Shown in pieces: positions 35,663-48,470 of a stretch of DNA of 64,000 nt. Position numbers and translations under genes: made by a program. The notes below the pieces were generated by a model, which saw only the letters and a list, made by a program, of their open reading frames with translations, did not search any database and was not told the origin of the DNA. Each line of letters opens with the position of its first letter. Within the stretch, counting starts at the first letter, position 1. Origin of the DNA: Heteronotia binoei (Eukaryota); assembly GCF_032191835.1 (NCBI RefSeq), contig NC_083224.1:183334001-183398000 (forward strand), given 5' to 3'.

Positions 35663-35973
35663 TGTTGTGCTAGGTGGTGGGAAGTGGGGCAGGGTACTGG
35701 ATTCGGACACTCTTAGCAGCAAACATTCTTTATTGGTGAGTACATCATAAAGACAAGATGGCGGGTCTGGGTCCCCTATTATATACATTACCCGGAACAA
35801 CCCCCTTCTTCGTCAGGTCCAATCTTGACCAGTTAAACTTCCTGCCACAGATCTTCATAGGCAGATTGCATTTGTCCCTTACAGTCAGGTGACCCGCGGT
35901 TTCCCGCTGGTCCCTTCAGTGCACGTAGTCGCACTGTGTTGGAATTTCAGGGACCGAAATGCAAGACACAACA
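35663..35973 (-). mobile_element. LTR-like segment
   Basis: TGTTGTG...CACAACA termini; minus-strand TATATAA (~35790) and AATAAA (~35734); no matching TSD. Confidence 0.4.
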
Positions 35974-36243
35974 CAGGGCTTCCCCTCCTGGCCACCTGGC
36001 TGGCAGCAGATTGGAGTCGACCAACCTGGGGAATCCCCTGCTCCCACCTGGGGGCTCAGGAAAAAAGCAACAGCTCCATGCACTGTATGCCTCTATTCAA
36101 ATGTTCTTTCCTGTAATTCCAATAAAGAATACTTTCGCCAGGAAAATTTGTAAATCCAATTTCTTTACTAATGGCAAAAAATTGATAAATCCGGATTTGC
36201 TCAAAGTATGCAGAGAATATTTCAACAACAGTTCAAAGTACCA

Positions 36244-36418
36244 ACATCAGCTACAGGCATAACCGGTGTGTATTCCTGTTTCGCATTACTGCTTTGTCCA
36301 AGCTACTGTTTTTTGCCAATATTTTGCTTTACTCTTCACACTTAGTTATAAATCTCATCACACTTACTCCAACAATTGTTGGACAAAGCAGTAAAGTGGT
36401 TATGCCTGTAGCTGATGT
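36244..36418. repeat. Fold-back inverted repeat
   Basis: 21-bp perfect arms ACATCAGCTACAGGCATAACC plus inner 16-bp arms TTACTGCTTTGTCCAA. Confidence 0.8.
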
Positions 36419-36419
36419 G

Positions 36420-36510
36420 AATTTAGGGGGAGGTATTTGTGAGTTTCCTGCATTGTGCGGGGGGTTGGACTAGATGACCCTGGAGATCCCTTCCAACTAT
36501 ATGATTCTAT
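36420..36510 (+). mobile_element. CR1 LINE 3' tail
   Basis: GGGTTGGACTAGATGACCCTGGAGATCCCTTCCAAC...ATGATTCTAT. Confidence 0.75.
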
Positions 36511-38114
36511 AACACCATGCCGCATGTGCTAAATCTACAGAAAGACTGTGCATTTGCAAAAAGGCCTGCAACAATGAGAAATTTTCTGGGCTCCCAAGTG
36601 AATCTGGTCAGGTTCCAAGGATCCCTCAGTTTATTTTGGCCAGCACCTTCTAGCGATTTCAGCTTCCAAGTGGGTCTGGAGATCTGCCAGAATTACAGCT
36701 GATCCCCAGACGATAAGAGATCGGTTCCCCTGGGAAAATGACTGCTTTGAATGGGGGAGTCAACGGCATTGTTCCCCACTCACGTCCCTCCCCTACCGAG
36801 ACCTCAACCTCCCCAGGCTCCACCACCAAATCTCCAGGAACTTCTCAACCCAGAGCTGGCAACTCTATACTTCCAGCAGAATTCCACCTCTACAGAAAGA
36901 CCTCTCTTCCATATACCCAGCTAATCTTTTTTCAGTAACTGTTTGACCTTACTTAAGTTAATGTTTAATTATGGGGTGTGCAGGTGACAGATTTGGGATT
37001 CATACCTAGCCAAGGCCTATCTCAAATGGAAGAACTACTGCAGGTTCTTCTGAATGTTGGATATCAACAGTAGATTGGGGGGGAGGGAAATGTCTGCTGG
37101 GCCTCCATTATTCCCTGTTGAGACAGATTCCCACATAGGGTAGAATGGTGAACTGATCTGCGGGTATCTGGAGCTTCGGGGGGCTGTTTTTTGAGGAAGA
37201 GGTACCAAATTTTCAGTATAGCATCCGATTGCTCTCCTCAAAACACCCTCCAAGTTTCAAAAAAGATTGGACTAGGGGGTCCAATTCTAAGAGCCCAAAA
37301 TACTGCAAACCAGTATATCAGCTGTATCCTTTATTATTTCCAGTAGAGGAAGGCATTTAAAAGGTGCACAATCCCTTTAAATGTGATGGCCAGAACTCCT
37401 TTTGGAGTTCAATTATGCTTATCACAACCTTGCTCCTGGCTCCACCCCCAAAGCCTCCTGGCTCCACCCCAAAGTCCCCAGGTATTTCTTGAATTCGACT
37501 TGACAACCCTAACTTCAATGGGTATAATAACGCCAAAGAGACCACCTTCCAAAGCAGCCATTTTCTCTAGGTGAACTGATCTCTGTTGCCTGGAGATCAG
37601 TTATAATCCAGCTGCCACGTGGAGGCTGGCAACCCTAGCAGTTCACTTTCTCTTTTCCCCACTCAAATCCTTAAAAGGCAAATGAAACCGTAATTCTGTT
37701 GAACCTGATAATTTTCCTCTCCTACAGCAGAAGAAGGACAAGTATTCACACATCTGCACCATGCCAGGTTGGAGTGTTGATGGACACTGTTCCACCACAA
37801 CATTCTACCAACCAAGGTTTATTATTAATAAAATATAATGAAAGGTGCAAAGGTTCAAGTCTGTCTAGAAATCACATTTACAGATTGATTTCTTTGGTCT
37901 GGTCAAAGGTGTTTGGATCAAGACTTAAACAGGCAATTTCCACTTATTCCCCCATCCTGAAACAGACACCCCTCATATTATTTTTCAATATCCCCCATTC
38001 CCCCAAGAGCAGCATTTCATGGAGATTGGTATGCTACAGTGGGGGTGAGGAAGCAGGGAATTCCACTCCCCCAGGGGAAAAATTGCAATTGCAATCCCAA
38101 ATGGATGGACTTAG

Positions 38115-38656
38115 GCCCAAGGTGGCCAAACTTTCTTAACCTAACAGCCACACAGAACAGATGTTTGAGAGCCGCAAGACATGGACGGTAGATGTTTGAG
38201 AGCTGCAAGATGGAAGGAAGGAAGGAAGGAAAATAGATGTGGGGAGGGGGAAGGAGGGAGAGGTAGAAAGACAACAATTTTAACTTTAAACACATTCTCC
38301 AAGCCACCAGGTGGCTTGGCTTGGATGAGTTATTTAAATAGAGAAATGCAGGGATTTTTTTTGTAAAAAAAGTCCAGCAAGAACTCATTTGCATATTAGG
38401 CCACACCTCTGACATCACCATTGTTTTGCACAGTTTTTTAATAGAAAAGGCCCAGCATGAACTCATTTGTATATTAGGCCACACCCCCTGATGCCAAGCC
38501 AGCTGGAACTGTGTTCCTGTGCTTTCCTGCTTCTAAATAGCCCTGGAGAAGTGCCTTCTCCAAGTCGGCCAACAGGATAGTGAGGGCTTTGAGAGCCACA
38601 CAATACATGTGAAAGAGCCACATGTGGCTTCCAAGCCACTGTTTGGCCACCCCTAG
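38115..38656 (-). mobile_element. CAGGGGTGG-type MITE with nested CAGGGCTTTT-type element(s)
   Basis: GGTGGCCAAAC...GTTTGGCCACCCCT; internal TTTGCATATTAGGCCACAC units at ~38350-38535. Confidence 0.65.
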
Positions 38657-38667
38657 CTTACACTGAA

Positions 38668-40432
38668 CACATATGTGGTTGCCTTATACTGAATAAGACC
38701 CTTGGTCCATCAGACTGCTTACACTGTTAGTAGATATCCAGGGTCTCACATCACCTACCGCCAGATCCTTTAATTGGAGATGCCAGGGATTGAACTTGGA
38801 ACTAGGGGTGTGCATTCGGTTCAGTCGAACCGATAGACTGCCGAATACCCCCTGATTCAGAAGTATACGGCGTCGTATACTTCCGAATCCAATTAGAAGG
38901 CATTACACGGGAATTAATATTCAGAAGTATACAGAACTCAATGTAAAAGGCAGGAAAGGTGCTTCTACAGCCTCAGGGAAGCTGCTTGCCTCCTTTCCTG
39001 CCTTTGAAAGCCTTTTCCCGCCTCTCCCATAGCCTCCCTGGGATCAGGGAGGGAGGGGGAGAGGTACCCCAGCAGCCAATCCAAAGCATGCTCTGTGTAG
39101 GGCCAGAGAACCTTTTTAAGGAGTCTGCCAGGCTGGACTCCATTCCATGGCTGCTGTGTTGGTGTTGGTGTGAGAGATTGTGCTGCGCTGGCCCTTAGCC
39201 TCAACTGCTGCTGCTCTCTCTCAGCCTTGCCTGACCTGCCTGGAGAAGACATCTAAGGTAAGACAGTCTTGGGGTTCTTGTTTTTATTTTAGTTAGGATA
39301 AAAATAAAAGCACTTTTTAAGACTCAGTCCCTTTACTTATCCAGATTTGGGTGGGTGAGTAGCCTATTTGGGGTTAGGGTTAGGGGGTTCTGCTGGGGGT
39401 GGGGGGGTTGCCAATTTGCCTATATCTAACTTTAGGGAGAGGACTTTTAAAAGTACAGTGTCCTTTTACTTTTCCTGATTTGGGTGGCTTGGATTTCTTG
39501 GGGTTAGGGTGAAGGGTTTTTTGGGGGGGAGGGGTTGGTTAAGTTCCTGTATTGTTAAAAGTCAATTTTTTTACTGTTTTAAAAGGATTCTGTGTTTCAT
39601 TTGTTGCTGCTGTGTTGTGCTGCTTCAGTTCCTTTTCTTTTCTGGTTCGGGGGGGTGCTGTTTAGCTTAATTTTTATTGTTAAAAAGTTCAGTTTTTAAC
39701 AGTTGAGTTTGTTGGCCTTTTCTCAGTTGGATTTGTTTGGATCTGTTGTTGTTGGTTTTGCATCCTGTCCTGTTGTCTCTTTTCCTGGTTCTGTTTTTTT
39801 GGGGGGGGGGTGTTAAAAGTTGTTTCTTTCTGTCACGTTTTGGTTTTTTTTTAATTATCTCTGTGAGGGGGTTGGTGCGTGGGCTGTGTAGGGTGGGTCA
39901 CTTTCATGTTTTTATAGAGCTATTTTTGGAGTCTGAGGGTTCCATGCAGTTTTGGGGGCTCTCCCTCAAACCCCCTGCCCCCCAGTAGCCTCTGATTATG
40001 CCCTATGTTGCCATTGAGTTCAATGGCCCATAGGGTATAATGGTGGGATAGGGGCACCCTCTTTGGGTGCCCCTTGAATGGGAACCCCTGGACCAATCTT
40101 TTTGGGACTTGGGGGGTTTGTAGGAGAGAGTCCCTTGCAGGTTCCCTGCAAATTTGGGGGCGCTTCCTCAAACCCCCTCCCCTCCAAGCGGCTTCTAATA
40201 TACCCTATTTTGCTATTGATTTCAGTGGCCCATAGGATATAATTGGGCCTTATATTCGGAAACAGCCGTATATCTCTCGTACATATGGCTATTCCGAATA
40301 CCGGTATTCGGAAATATACGGTATTCCAAATATTTTGGTCCTGTATATTTCCGAATCAGATTAATTCCAAATTTTTTTTTTTGCACACCCCTACTTGGAA
40401 CCTTCTGTATGCCAAACAAATGCTCTGCCAAT
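38668..40432 (-). mobile_element. tRNA-Ala SINE split into 38668-38802 and 40394-40432
   Basis: The two halves rejoin across the CTTGGAAC duplication into the reverse complement of the 35014 family. Confidence 0.75.
38803..40393 (+). mobile_element. 1.6-kb non-autonomous hAT transposon (TIR TAGGGGTGTGCA)
   Basis: TAGGGGTGTGCA...TGCACACCCCTA; perfect TSD CTTGGAAC (38795-38802, 40394-40401); subterminal CCGAAT/ATTCGG repeats. Confidence 0.9.
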
Positions 40433-40975
40433 CTGGATCCAATCCCATAGTCATAAAAAGTACAACACAATTATTAATATCATAATAATCACAGGTAAGG
40501 ATTTTAAAACAATGTAAGATTTATACATGAGCATTATTAAAAGATCACCGCACATAACCTGTATTTTCAAGACAGCCAGCATAAACCTTGCCTTGTAAAC
40601 ATGGTGGCTTATGAATGTCTGTCAGAGATGAAACAATAATTTTATCTATCAGAAATTGATATCTTTGGCATGTAGTTGGGAACTATTTTACTCTCTTATC
40701 ACATGTAAAAAACACTCTGAAAGGTGACGATCCAGACCTTCAACGGATGATCCAAACCCATGGATTTCAAAGTGGGTAAGGTCATAATTAATTATGGGAG
40801 TTCAGCACACTGCACATGCTCAGAAACACTTTTTACATTTTACACTCCTAGATTGGGATCTCTTTTTTGAAGTTACTTTTAAAAAAATTACTCTTAGCTA
40901 TGTTTATATGCCACTAACAACAACAATAACATAAGATATATCTGCTGGCTCAAACCAGTATTTCAATGCTCTTGG

Positions 40976-41323
40976 CAGTGCTGGATTAAACCCTGTGGAG
41001 GCCCCTAGGCAGTCAAAATCTTTGGGGCCCCTTGCAAATTATTTCAGAGTTGGAGCGCCCGCCCCACTGCCTGTGGCCCTCGCTGCAGCCTGCAGGCACT
41101 TCCCCAAAAGCCCCTTTGACAAAACTGTGGAGGAGAGGCAGAGAGAGGCAAACTTGGTGACACTGCCAGCAGTAGCCACACCAAGCGAGTTAGGCAAAGA
41201 GCAGCTCAGTTGCTGGCTGCGCATGGAGCCTGGGAGGGCTGCAAGCAGGGGAGGAAACGGGGGTGGGGAAGCCAGCTTGGGGCCCATAAGTGCCTACTTG
41301 GTCTAATTGTTAATTCAGCCCTG
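40976..41323 (+). mobile_element. hAT-type MITE (TIR CAGTGCCGGATTAA)
   Basis: Perfect TSD GCTCTTGG. Confidence 0.85.
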
Positions 41324-41603
41324 GCTCTTGGAAGGCCTGTAGTACACAGTATAGAGTGGCAAAGCTTCCACGTATGGTCACCCCTCAACAACTGGTATTC
41401 AGAGGTAAAGTGTCTCTGACCATGCAGGTTCTGTTTAGCTGTTACCTGTGTTGGCTAAACTTCTCGAAGCTGTTAGCTCTGTAAACTTCTCTAATCTTCT
41501 TTTAAAGCCATTGAAGCTAATGACCCTTAGTGTGGCAATAAAGTTTCACAAGATCATTATGCATTTCAGGAAGTACCTCCTTTTACCTTTCCTGAATCTA
41601 GTG

Positions 41604-42035
41604 CTTTATTATTTATTTATTACTTTCCATTTATATCCCGCCCTCTCCGCAAGCAGACTCAGGGCGGCTTACAACATCATAAAAACAATCAATCCAATAA
41701 AACATATAAAAAACATAATTTACATATATCAACTTTAAAACCATTCTATAGCGCTATTTCAGTCCAGTATAGGCAGTATTGACTTCTCGACTATGATCGC
41801 CAGCATTCTGTAGGATGTCCGGTGGCAGCCCTTTTTCAATCAAACCGCAAAAGCCTGTTTAAACAATTCGGTCTTACAGGCCCTGCGGAACGCAGACAAA
41901 TCCCGCAGGGCCCTTATGGCTTCTGGGAGGGTGTTCCAAAGTTCTGGTGCTGCCACCGAAAAAGCCCTGGATCTCGTCATACACAGCCTGGCTTCTTTTG
42001 GGCCAGGGGCAGACAACTCATCATCTTCATTGGGT
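41604..42035 (-). mobile_element. L2 LINE 3' end
   Basis: ORF 41840-42043 RAFSVAAPELWNTLPEAIRALRDLSAFRRACKTELFKQAF; (TAAA)n tail at ~41604. Confidence 0.8.
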
Positions 42036-42252
42036 TCCTCCAAGTTCTAAGATTATGAGACATTTTCTTTTCACTGTACATAATTTTATAAACCTCATGT
42101 TCTTCCAGAGCCATCCTTTTCTTGAACTAAAGCCCCAGACACCCCAGCCTCTCCTCTTATGTAAGGTGATCTCACCCTAGGATTGCCAGCCTCTGGGGGG
42201 TAGTTGGAAATCTTCAAGAATTACAAGTGATCTCCTTTTTATAGACTTCTTG

Positions 42253-42722
42253 CAGTGTTGGATTAAACCCTGTGGAGGCTCCTAGGAAGTCAAAATCTCG
42301 GGGACCCCCTTACAAATTATTTCAGAGTCAGTGCCTGCCCTGCCACCTGTAGCCCCTGCTGTAGCCTGCAAGCACTTTCCTAAAAGCAGTGCCAGATTAA
42401 ACCCTGTGGAGGTCCCTACGCAGTCAAAATCTCAGGGGGGCCCACACAGATTATCTCAGAGTTGGAGTACCCGCCCCACCACCAGTGAACCCCAATGCAG
42501 CCTGCAGGCACCTTCTCAAAAGCCCCTTTGACAAAGCTGAGGGGGAGAGGCAGAGAGAGGCAAACTTGGCGACAATGCCAGCAGCAGCTACACCGGGCAA
42601 GTTGGGCAAAGAGTGGCTCAGTTGCTGGCTATGCATGCAGGCTGGAAAGCCAGCCTGGGACCCTAAAGACGTGGGGGCCCATAGCCCAGTGCCTACTTGG
42701 CTTAATAGTTAATCTGGCCCTG
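42253..42722 (+). mobile_element. Tandem CAGTGCCGGATTAA MITEs (partial 42253-42385, complete 42387-42722)
   Basis: Left end GCAGTG..GATTAAACCCTGTGGAGG occurs twice in tandem. Confidence 0.7.
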
Positions 42723-44567
42723 ACTTCTTGCATAAAAAGGAGGGGGGAAAGGGTTACCAACCCCCAGTTGGGGGCAAGGGATCCCCTGGTTTGAAGGCCC
42801 TCTCCCGCTTCCGGGTTATTAGAAAGCAAAGGGTGGGTTTGAATGTTCACTGGCCACTCCATTATACCCTATAAAGACCAGTACCCATAGAGAATAATGG
42901 GAATTTGATCCATGGATATCTGGGGCTTGTGGGGAGGGGCTGTTTTTCAAGGCAGAGGCACCAAATTTTCAACACTGCATCTGGTGCCTCTCCTCAACAA
43001 ACTCCCAAACTTTCAAAGATTGGACCAAGGGGTCCAATTCTATGAACCCCCAAATGGTGCCCCCATCCTACATTCTTTCCAATAGAAGTAGGGCATTTAA
43101 AAGTAATGTGGTCCCTTTAAATGTGATGACCAGAACTCCTTTTAGAGTTCAGTCATTCTTGTCACTACCTCACTTCTGGCTCCACCCCCAAAGTCTCCAG
43201 GTATTTCCTGAGTTGGACCTGGCAATCCTTAAAAAAAATGATGTGATGATTTATGGTTTTGAAAACTAAAAGGCAAAGATAACAAACTTACACAGAAAGG
43301 TGATATACTCCCCTTGGTCTGATTTTGGAATAAGGTTGTAGTAAGTAAATGTATGGCGTTCTGTAGCAGAGAAAATCAGATGTTATTCCTTTTTCTTGCT
43401 TTCAACTGTATTAGTTTCTATTTTTTTCTTGTTGTTGTTTTCTTTTCCTTTGTTTTTCCTTCTTTTTTATTTAATGTATAAAAACCTTAAAAGTCTTATA
43501 AAAAATTACAACTGATCTCCAGGTAATAGAGATCAGTTCACCTGGAGAAAATGGCTGCCTGTGAGGGTGGACTCTATGGCACTATACCCCATTGAAAAAG
43601 TCCCTCCCCTCCCCAAACCCCACCCTTTTCAGACTCCACCCTCAAAATCTCCAGGCATTTCCCATCCCGGAGCCGGCAACCCTATATCCACCCCTCAGTC
43701 ACTCTGGTTGCACTTTTGTCATACCTTTTCCAGCTCTCTTTTGATATAATTTATCTTATTAGAAAAGTGCTACACTACACTTCAGGTAATGGAGTGTATT
43801 ATTCTGTTCAAGGCTTTTTTTTGTAGAAAAAGCCCAGCAGGAACTCATTTGCATATCAGGCCACACCCCCTGATGCCAAGCCAGCTGGAACTGTGTTCCT
43901 GCTTTAAAAAAAAAGTTGATTCATTCAAGATAAAAACACATTTTATAATTATAATAATTACAATAACTTAATTATCAAACTGAAACCACATTCCAGTACC
44001 ATGGCTAGGTCTGCATTACTTCCAAGTCTCAGTCAGAGTTTAGGTTCCCAACCTCCAGGCAGGGACTGGAGTTCTCTCAGAACTATATCTCCTCTCCAGA
44101 CTACAAAAATCAGTTCCTCTAGAGAAAATGGCAGCTTTGGAGGAGGGCAGCCTCCATGGCATAACACAGTTTCTAAGTGAAACCTCTTCCCCTCCACAGG
44201 CACAGCTGACAAATCTCCAGGAATTTCCAAGGCCACAGTTGGCAATTCTCAGTCCAAGTAGCAAACTCTTTTCCATTCACACGCACATATGAAGATATAA
44301 ATCTCTGTGGGTCCCAGTTTTGGGAAAAAATGGTTTAAAATACTGGAACAAGGGCCTCTAATCAGTGATGACTGGCAAACCTTTGGTGTCTTGCTTGTTA
44401 AAACATTCCCTCACTAGACTTATCTCTGCCCCATAGCTGCCCTATTCCTAGTCCTGACCTTTGTTCTCTTGTTTGTATTGGACTGGAATCCAAGACGGGC
44501 TATGTTGCTGAACGAAACAGGAAGAAATGACTGATTCTGCCCCAAATAAATATATGCACAGACTCAC

Positions 44568-44860
44568 CCTGGCTGTTGGCAACCTTGCTTCCTTCAGGGT
44601 GCTGTGGCCAAGTGGGTTTTAGCTGAAATGTTCCTTTGTAGAACTCGGGGCACCTTTTCCCTGAGATCTCTCTGCCCTGAACCCTCTTTCTACTGCGTGG
44701 CAAAGTTTAAGCTCCAACTGAGCAAAAATAGCGTCAGGGGCTGGAAATCCCTCCTCCCTTCTGATTCGCCAATGCGGCAAAGACTGACAGCTGCCTGGGG
44801 AAAGAGGTACAGGTAGGCTGTTAGACTTGGGCCAGACTGGGTAACCATTACCTAAATTGC
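44568..44860 (-). promoter_or_regulatory. CREB3L3: Candidate CREB3L3 promoter and non-coding first exon
   Basis: Strong donor AGG|GTGAGT at 44567; HNF4-like CAAAGTTTA (44701-44709), CCAAT (44769), HNF1-like GGTAACCATTACC (44840-44852); no ATG in the exon. Confidence 0.4.
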
Positions 44861-45246
44861 TTCTGTCCCCTGCTCCCCCCCCTTTCTAATTTGAGGTGCC
44901 CATAGGTGCAAAGTCCTATCTCGGGCTGTGTCACCATGAACTTTTACCTACTTTTCAAGAAAGAGGGTGGGCGGGAAGAACTTCATGACCATAAATAGCA
45001 TTATTAAACACTAGTAATTTCCTAATGATCTCAAGAGGGGCTGTATTGTTAAAGTTCAATGTTAGCAAGGCTCTGAGCTTCTATCTCTCACAATTCCCGC
45101 TAGACAGCAGGTGTTGGGAATGACCTTGTTCAGTCACAGATAGACAATGAAAGAGAAGAGTGATCAAACTCGATGTGAGATAACCTATAACGCTTGGGAG
45201 TTTAGCTAACAGGGCTACAGGTCAGTAACAGAGCATGTCCTGTCCT

Positions 45247-45512
45247 GAGGAGGAGGAGGAGAGGACGAAGGAGAAGTGAATTTATATCCCACCCTTCACT
45301 CGGAGTCTCAGAATCTTCCTCGCTCCCTCTCCCCACAACAGACACCTTGGCCTATGAGGTAGGTGGGGCTGAGAGAGCTCTTGAGAGAACAGTTCTGAGA
45401 GAACTATGACTGACCCAAGATAATTCAGCTTCCCTCATGCGAGGGGAGTGGGGAATCAAACCCAGTTCTCTGGATTAGAGTCTGCCACTCTTAACCACTA
45501 CATCAAGCTGGG
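45247..45512 (-). mobile_element. Squam3/MIR-like tRNA SINE
   Basis: Reverse complement of the 18021-type SINE. Confidence 0.75.
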
Positions 45513-45849
45513 TCCCCCATTATCTCAGGCAGCAAGGCAGGGAAAGATCCCACCCTGTCTGAGAGGTGACATCAGTCAAGGTTGCCAGTAACTGACAGTA
45601 GGCCAAACGGCTAACTTGGTATAAGAGAAAAGTTGAAATGGCCCACGCAAACGTGGAAACAAAAACCAAAATTAACGTAATGCCTTTTATTAGGGCCAAC
45701 CATTCTCATAATACTGAAACTCAACACCCAATGTTGATGGGGAAGGACAGACAAAAAGAAAATATGTTGTTACTTAATAAGTACGTAATTAAACTGCAAT
45801 CACTCCTAGTGGTGGTAGTGAGGACCATAAGCACAGAAGATCTTTAAAG

Positions 45850-46083
45850 GGAGTTGAATTCATGGAGGAGAGGTCCATCAAAGATCCATACTAGCCATGA
45901 AGAGGAAGGAAACCTCCATATTCAGAGGCAACAACCGTCTGAATTCCAATGCTAGAGGCCAACATCAGGAGAGGGCCTTGGCACCTATGCCTTGTTTATT
46001 GGCTATCTAAGGCAACTGGTATGGCAGGAAAAGATGCTGGACTAGATAAACCACTTGTCTGATCCAGCAGAGTTCTTATGTTC
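45850..46083 (+). mobile_element. CR1-like LINE 3' fragment
   Basis: GATGCTGGACTAGATAAACCACTTGTCTGATCCAGCAG...TTCTTATGTTC terminus. Confidence 0.55.
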
Positions 46084-48072
46084 ACTTCCCATTCACCTGG
46101 TCTCAAAGTTTCATTTTAGGCCCACACAGCCTCTATCATACCTCCCCATTGTTCCTTCCTCTTCTTCAACCTTCGCAGGAGATGGGGGTGGTGACTTTAC
46201 GGTCAGCAGTGTCCACTTGGTACCTGGAGTTCTCTTGGAATCATGATTGATCTCTAGACTACAGACACCAGTTTCTTTGAGGAAAATGGCAGCTTTGGAG
46301 GGTGGAATCTATAGCATTATACCCCAGCCACTGGCAGTAGATGAGGGGGTAATAGGGTTGACAAGTCCCTCCGCCACCATGGGGGGTACCATAGAGTTTT
46401 ACGACGAATCCTAGAGTGTCCCCTGCACGATGTGCCTGTCACAATGATGTCACTTTCAAGTGACATCATCAGGCAGGGAATGTTGCCCGATGATGGGGCT
46501 CTTTGGGGGCAGGGATCCGCCCTGGTGGCCTGCTCCATGGCAGCAGGTTGGGACCCCTCAAACCAGGGGATCCCCCACCCCCGGCAGCAGCTTGGCAGCC
46601 ATAGGGGGTAAGGAGGGCAGGTTGAAAGACTCCTGGAGATTTGGGGATGAAGCCTGGGGAAGACCTCAGTAGGCTACAATGCCATAGAATCCACTCTCCA
46701 AAACAGCCATTTTCTCCAGAGGAACTGAAGTTTGAATGTGAGTTGTAATTCCAGGGGATCCCCAGGTCCCACCTGGAGGCTGGCATCCCTATGTCCCTCT
46801 CCTCCCCAAGTCTTGCCTTCCCAAGATTCCAGGAATTTCCCAAGCCAGAATTGGCAACCCTAGCTAGACCTTGGGGCAGGTGCATTCTATCATTTGAGAA
46901 GTCTGCGTGCTCAGTGACATGGGACTGTAATTATCAAGAGCGTTGCATAACCATGCTTTGGTGGCGCCAGTCATGCTGCTGTGTTGCCCCTTGCACCCCA
47001 GCCCCAGCTCCTCTACCTGCCACACCTGGATCACGAGCTGTTTTACTCACCTGTTCTCTGGGAGGGGCTTCCTTTCTAAGGGAGGATCCTGTACCTGCCC
47101 CACCTTGAACTCTGGATCTTGGCCTGAAGGATGGGGGAGAGAGCCGGTGTGGAAACCAGTGAGCTCCTCTTATGCCACTCGGTCTCAAACAGAAGCAACG
47201 TTATCCTTTCTGCCTCAGAAAAGAGCAATTCTCACATTATCAGAGTTAAACCAGCATTGCTTACAAATTAACAAAACAGCAATCTAAATATTTGGGAAAC
47301 CTAAGCCTGGGTTATTCCAGAGGCTAGCTGTAAATCTTGTTTCAACTCTTTGTCCTCAGCCTGGATTCATCTCTTTCCTTCTCTCCTTCCACCAGGGCTT
47401 AGCCTAATGGAATGGCCAGCCACCAGGTATTTGCAAGTTAGATCATTGGCTACTACAGTCTCCGAAAAATATCTGGACCACCTCTTGCAATCTGCTCCAT
47501 ATAGAACATCTGGGCCATTAAGATCTGCTTTACGGAGAACACCTAGCTGGAATAGCAAGACAACACACTTAAGATCATAACACCTGAAATGAAATGTCAA
47601 TTTCTATGTTTTAAATTGTTTTTACTGTTTTATTCTATGTTTATATTCATGCATACGCATGACCATGTGAGCCGCCCTGAACCTACCTCAGCAGGAAGGG
47701 CGGGATACAAATTTAAATAAATAAATAAATTGGATGACTGAGAGAAGACAAGACCAGGTCCAAAGGTGTGGTAACATTTCTTTACTATTGTAGATATCTC
47801 CTAATTGTTTGGAAATGGCTCTGTCCAAGCACATATCAAGTCAGACGGTTCCAAAACAGGGGAGCACACCTGCCCTCCTCAAAGGGACCTAGCAGATGTG
47901 TGCCCCCATGGGTGGAATTCTAGCAGGAGCAACACACCCTGATGTAGCCAATCCTTCAAGAGTTTACAAGGCTGTTTTATTGTACTTCTTGGAAAATTGG
48001 CTGTATCAGAGGGGTGGGCCCTAATATGCAAAAGAGCTCCTGCTAGAATTCTAGCCCTACGTCCCCCCCTTT

Positions 48073-48234
48073 TGCCATCAAGTCATAGCTGTTTAGAGGT
48101 GGTTTGCTATCGCCTGCCTCTGTGTAGTGAGCCTGGACTTCCTTGGTGGTCTCTCATCCAAGTATTATCCAGGGCCAAACTTGCTTAGCTTCTGAGATCT
48201 GACAAGATCAGACTAGCCTGGTCCATCAAGGTCA
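48073..48234 (-). mobile_element. 5S-Sauria-like SINE
   Basis: Reverse complement contains GATCTTGTCAGATCTCAGAAGCTAAGCAAG...TACTTGGATGAGAGACCACCAAGGAAGTCC. Confidence 0.75.
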
Positions 48235-48470
48235 CAGTAGTTTTTTTCAGTACTTTCTCACAAGTGTCATGAGTAGGGGAACAATTGACCTGTGAGGAGC
48301 TTATTTATTAATCATTCTTATTGGGGAGGGCTCTGCTGGTATTGATCTAGTTGAACCTGCAGTGCAATATTTGTGTTTTGGCTTCCATTTTGATATTATG
48401 TTAGGCTGTTCTTCTGATCATTGCTTTTAAAATGTTGTTGAGGTTGGGAGTGGGGGTTAGTGCAGAGATT

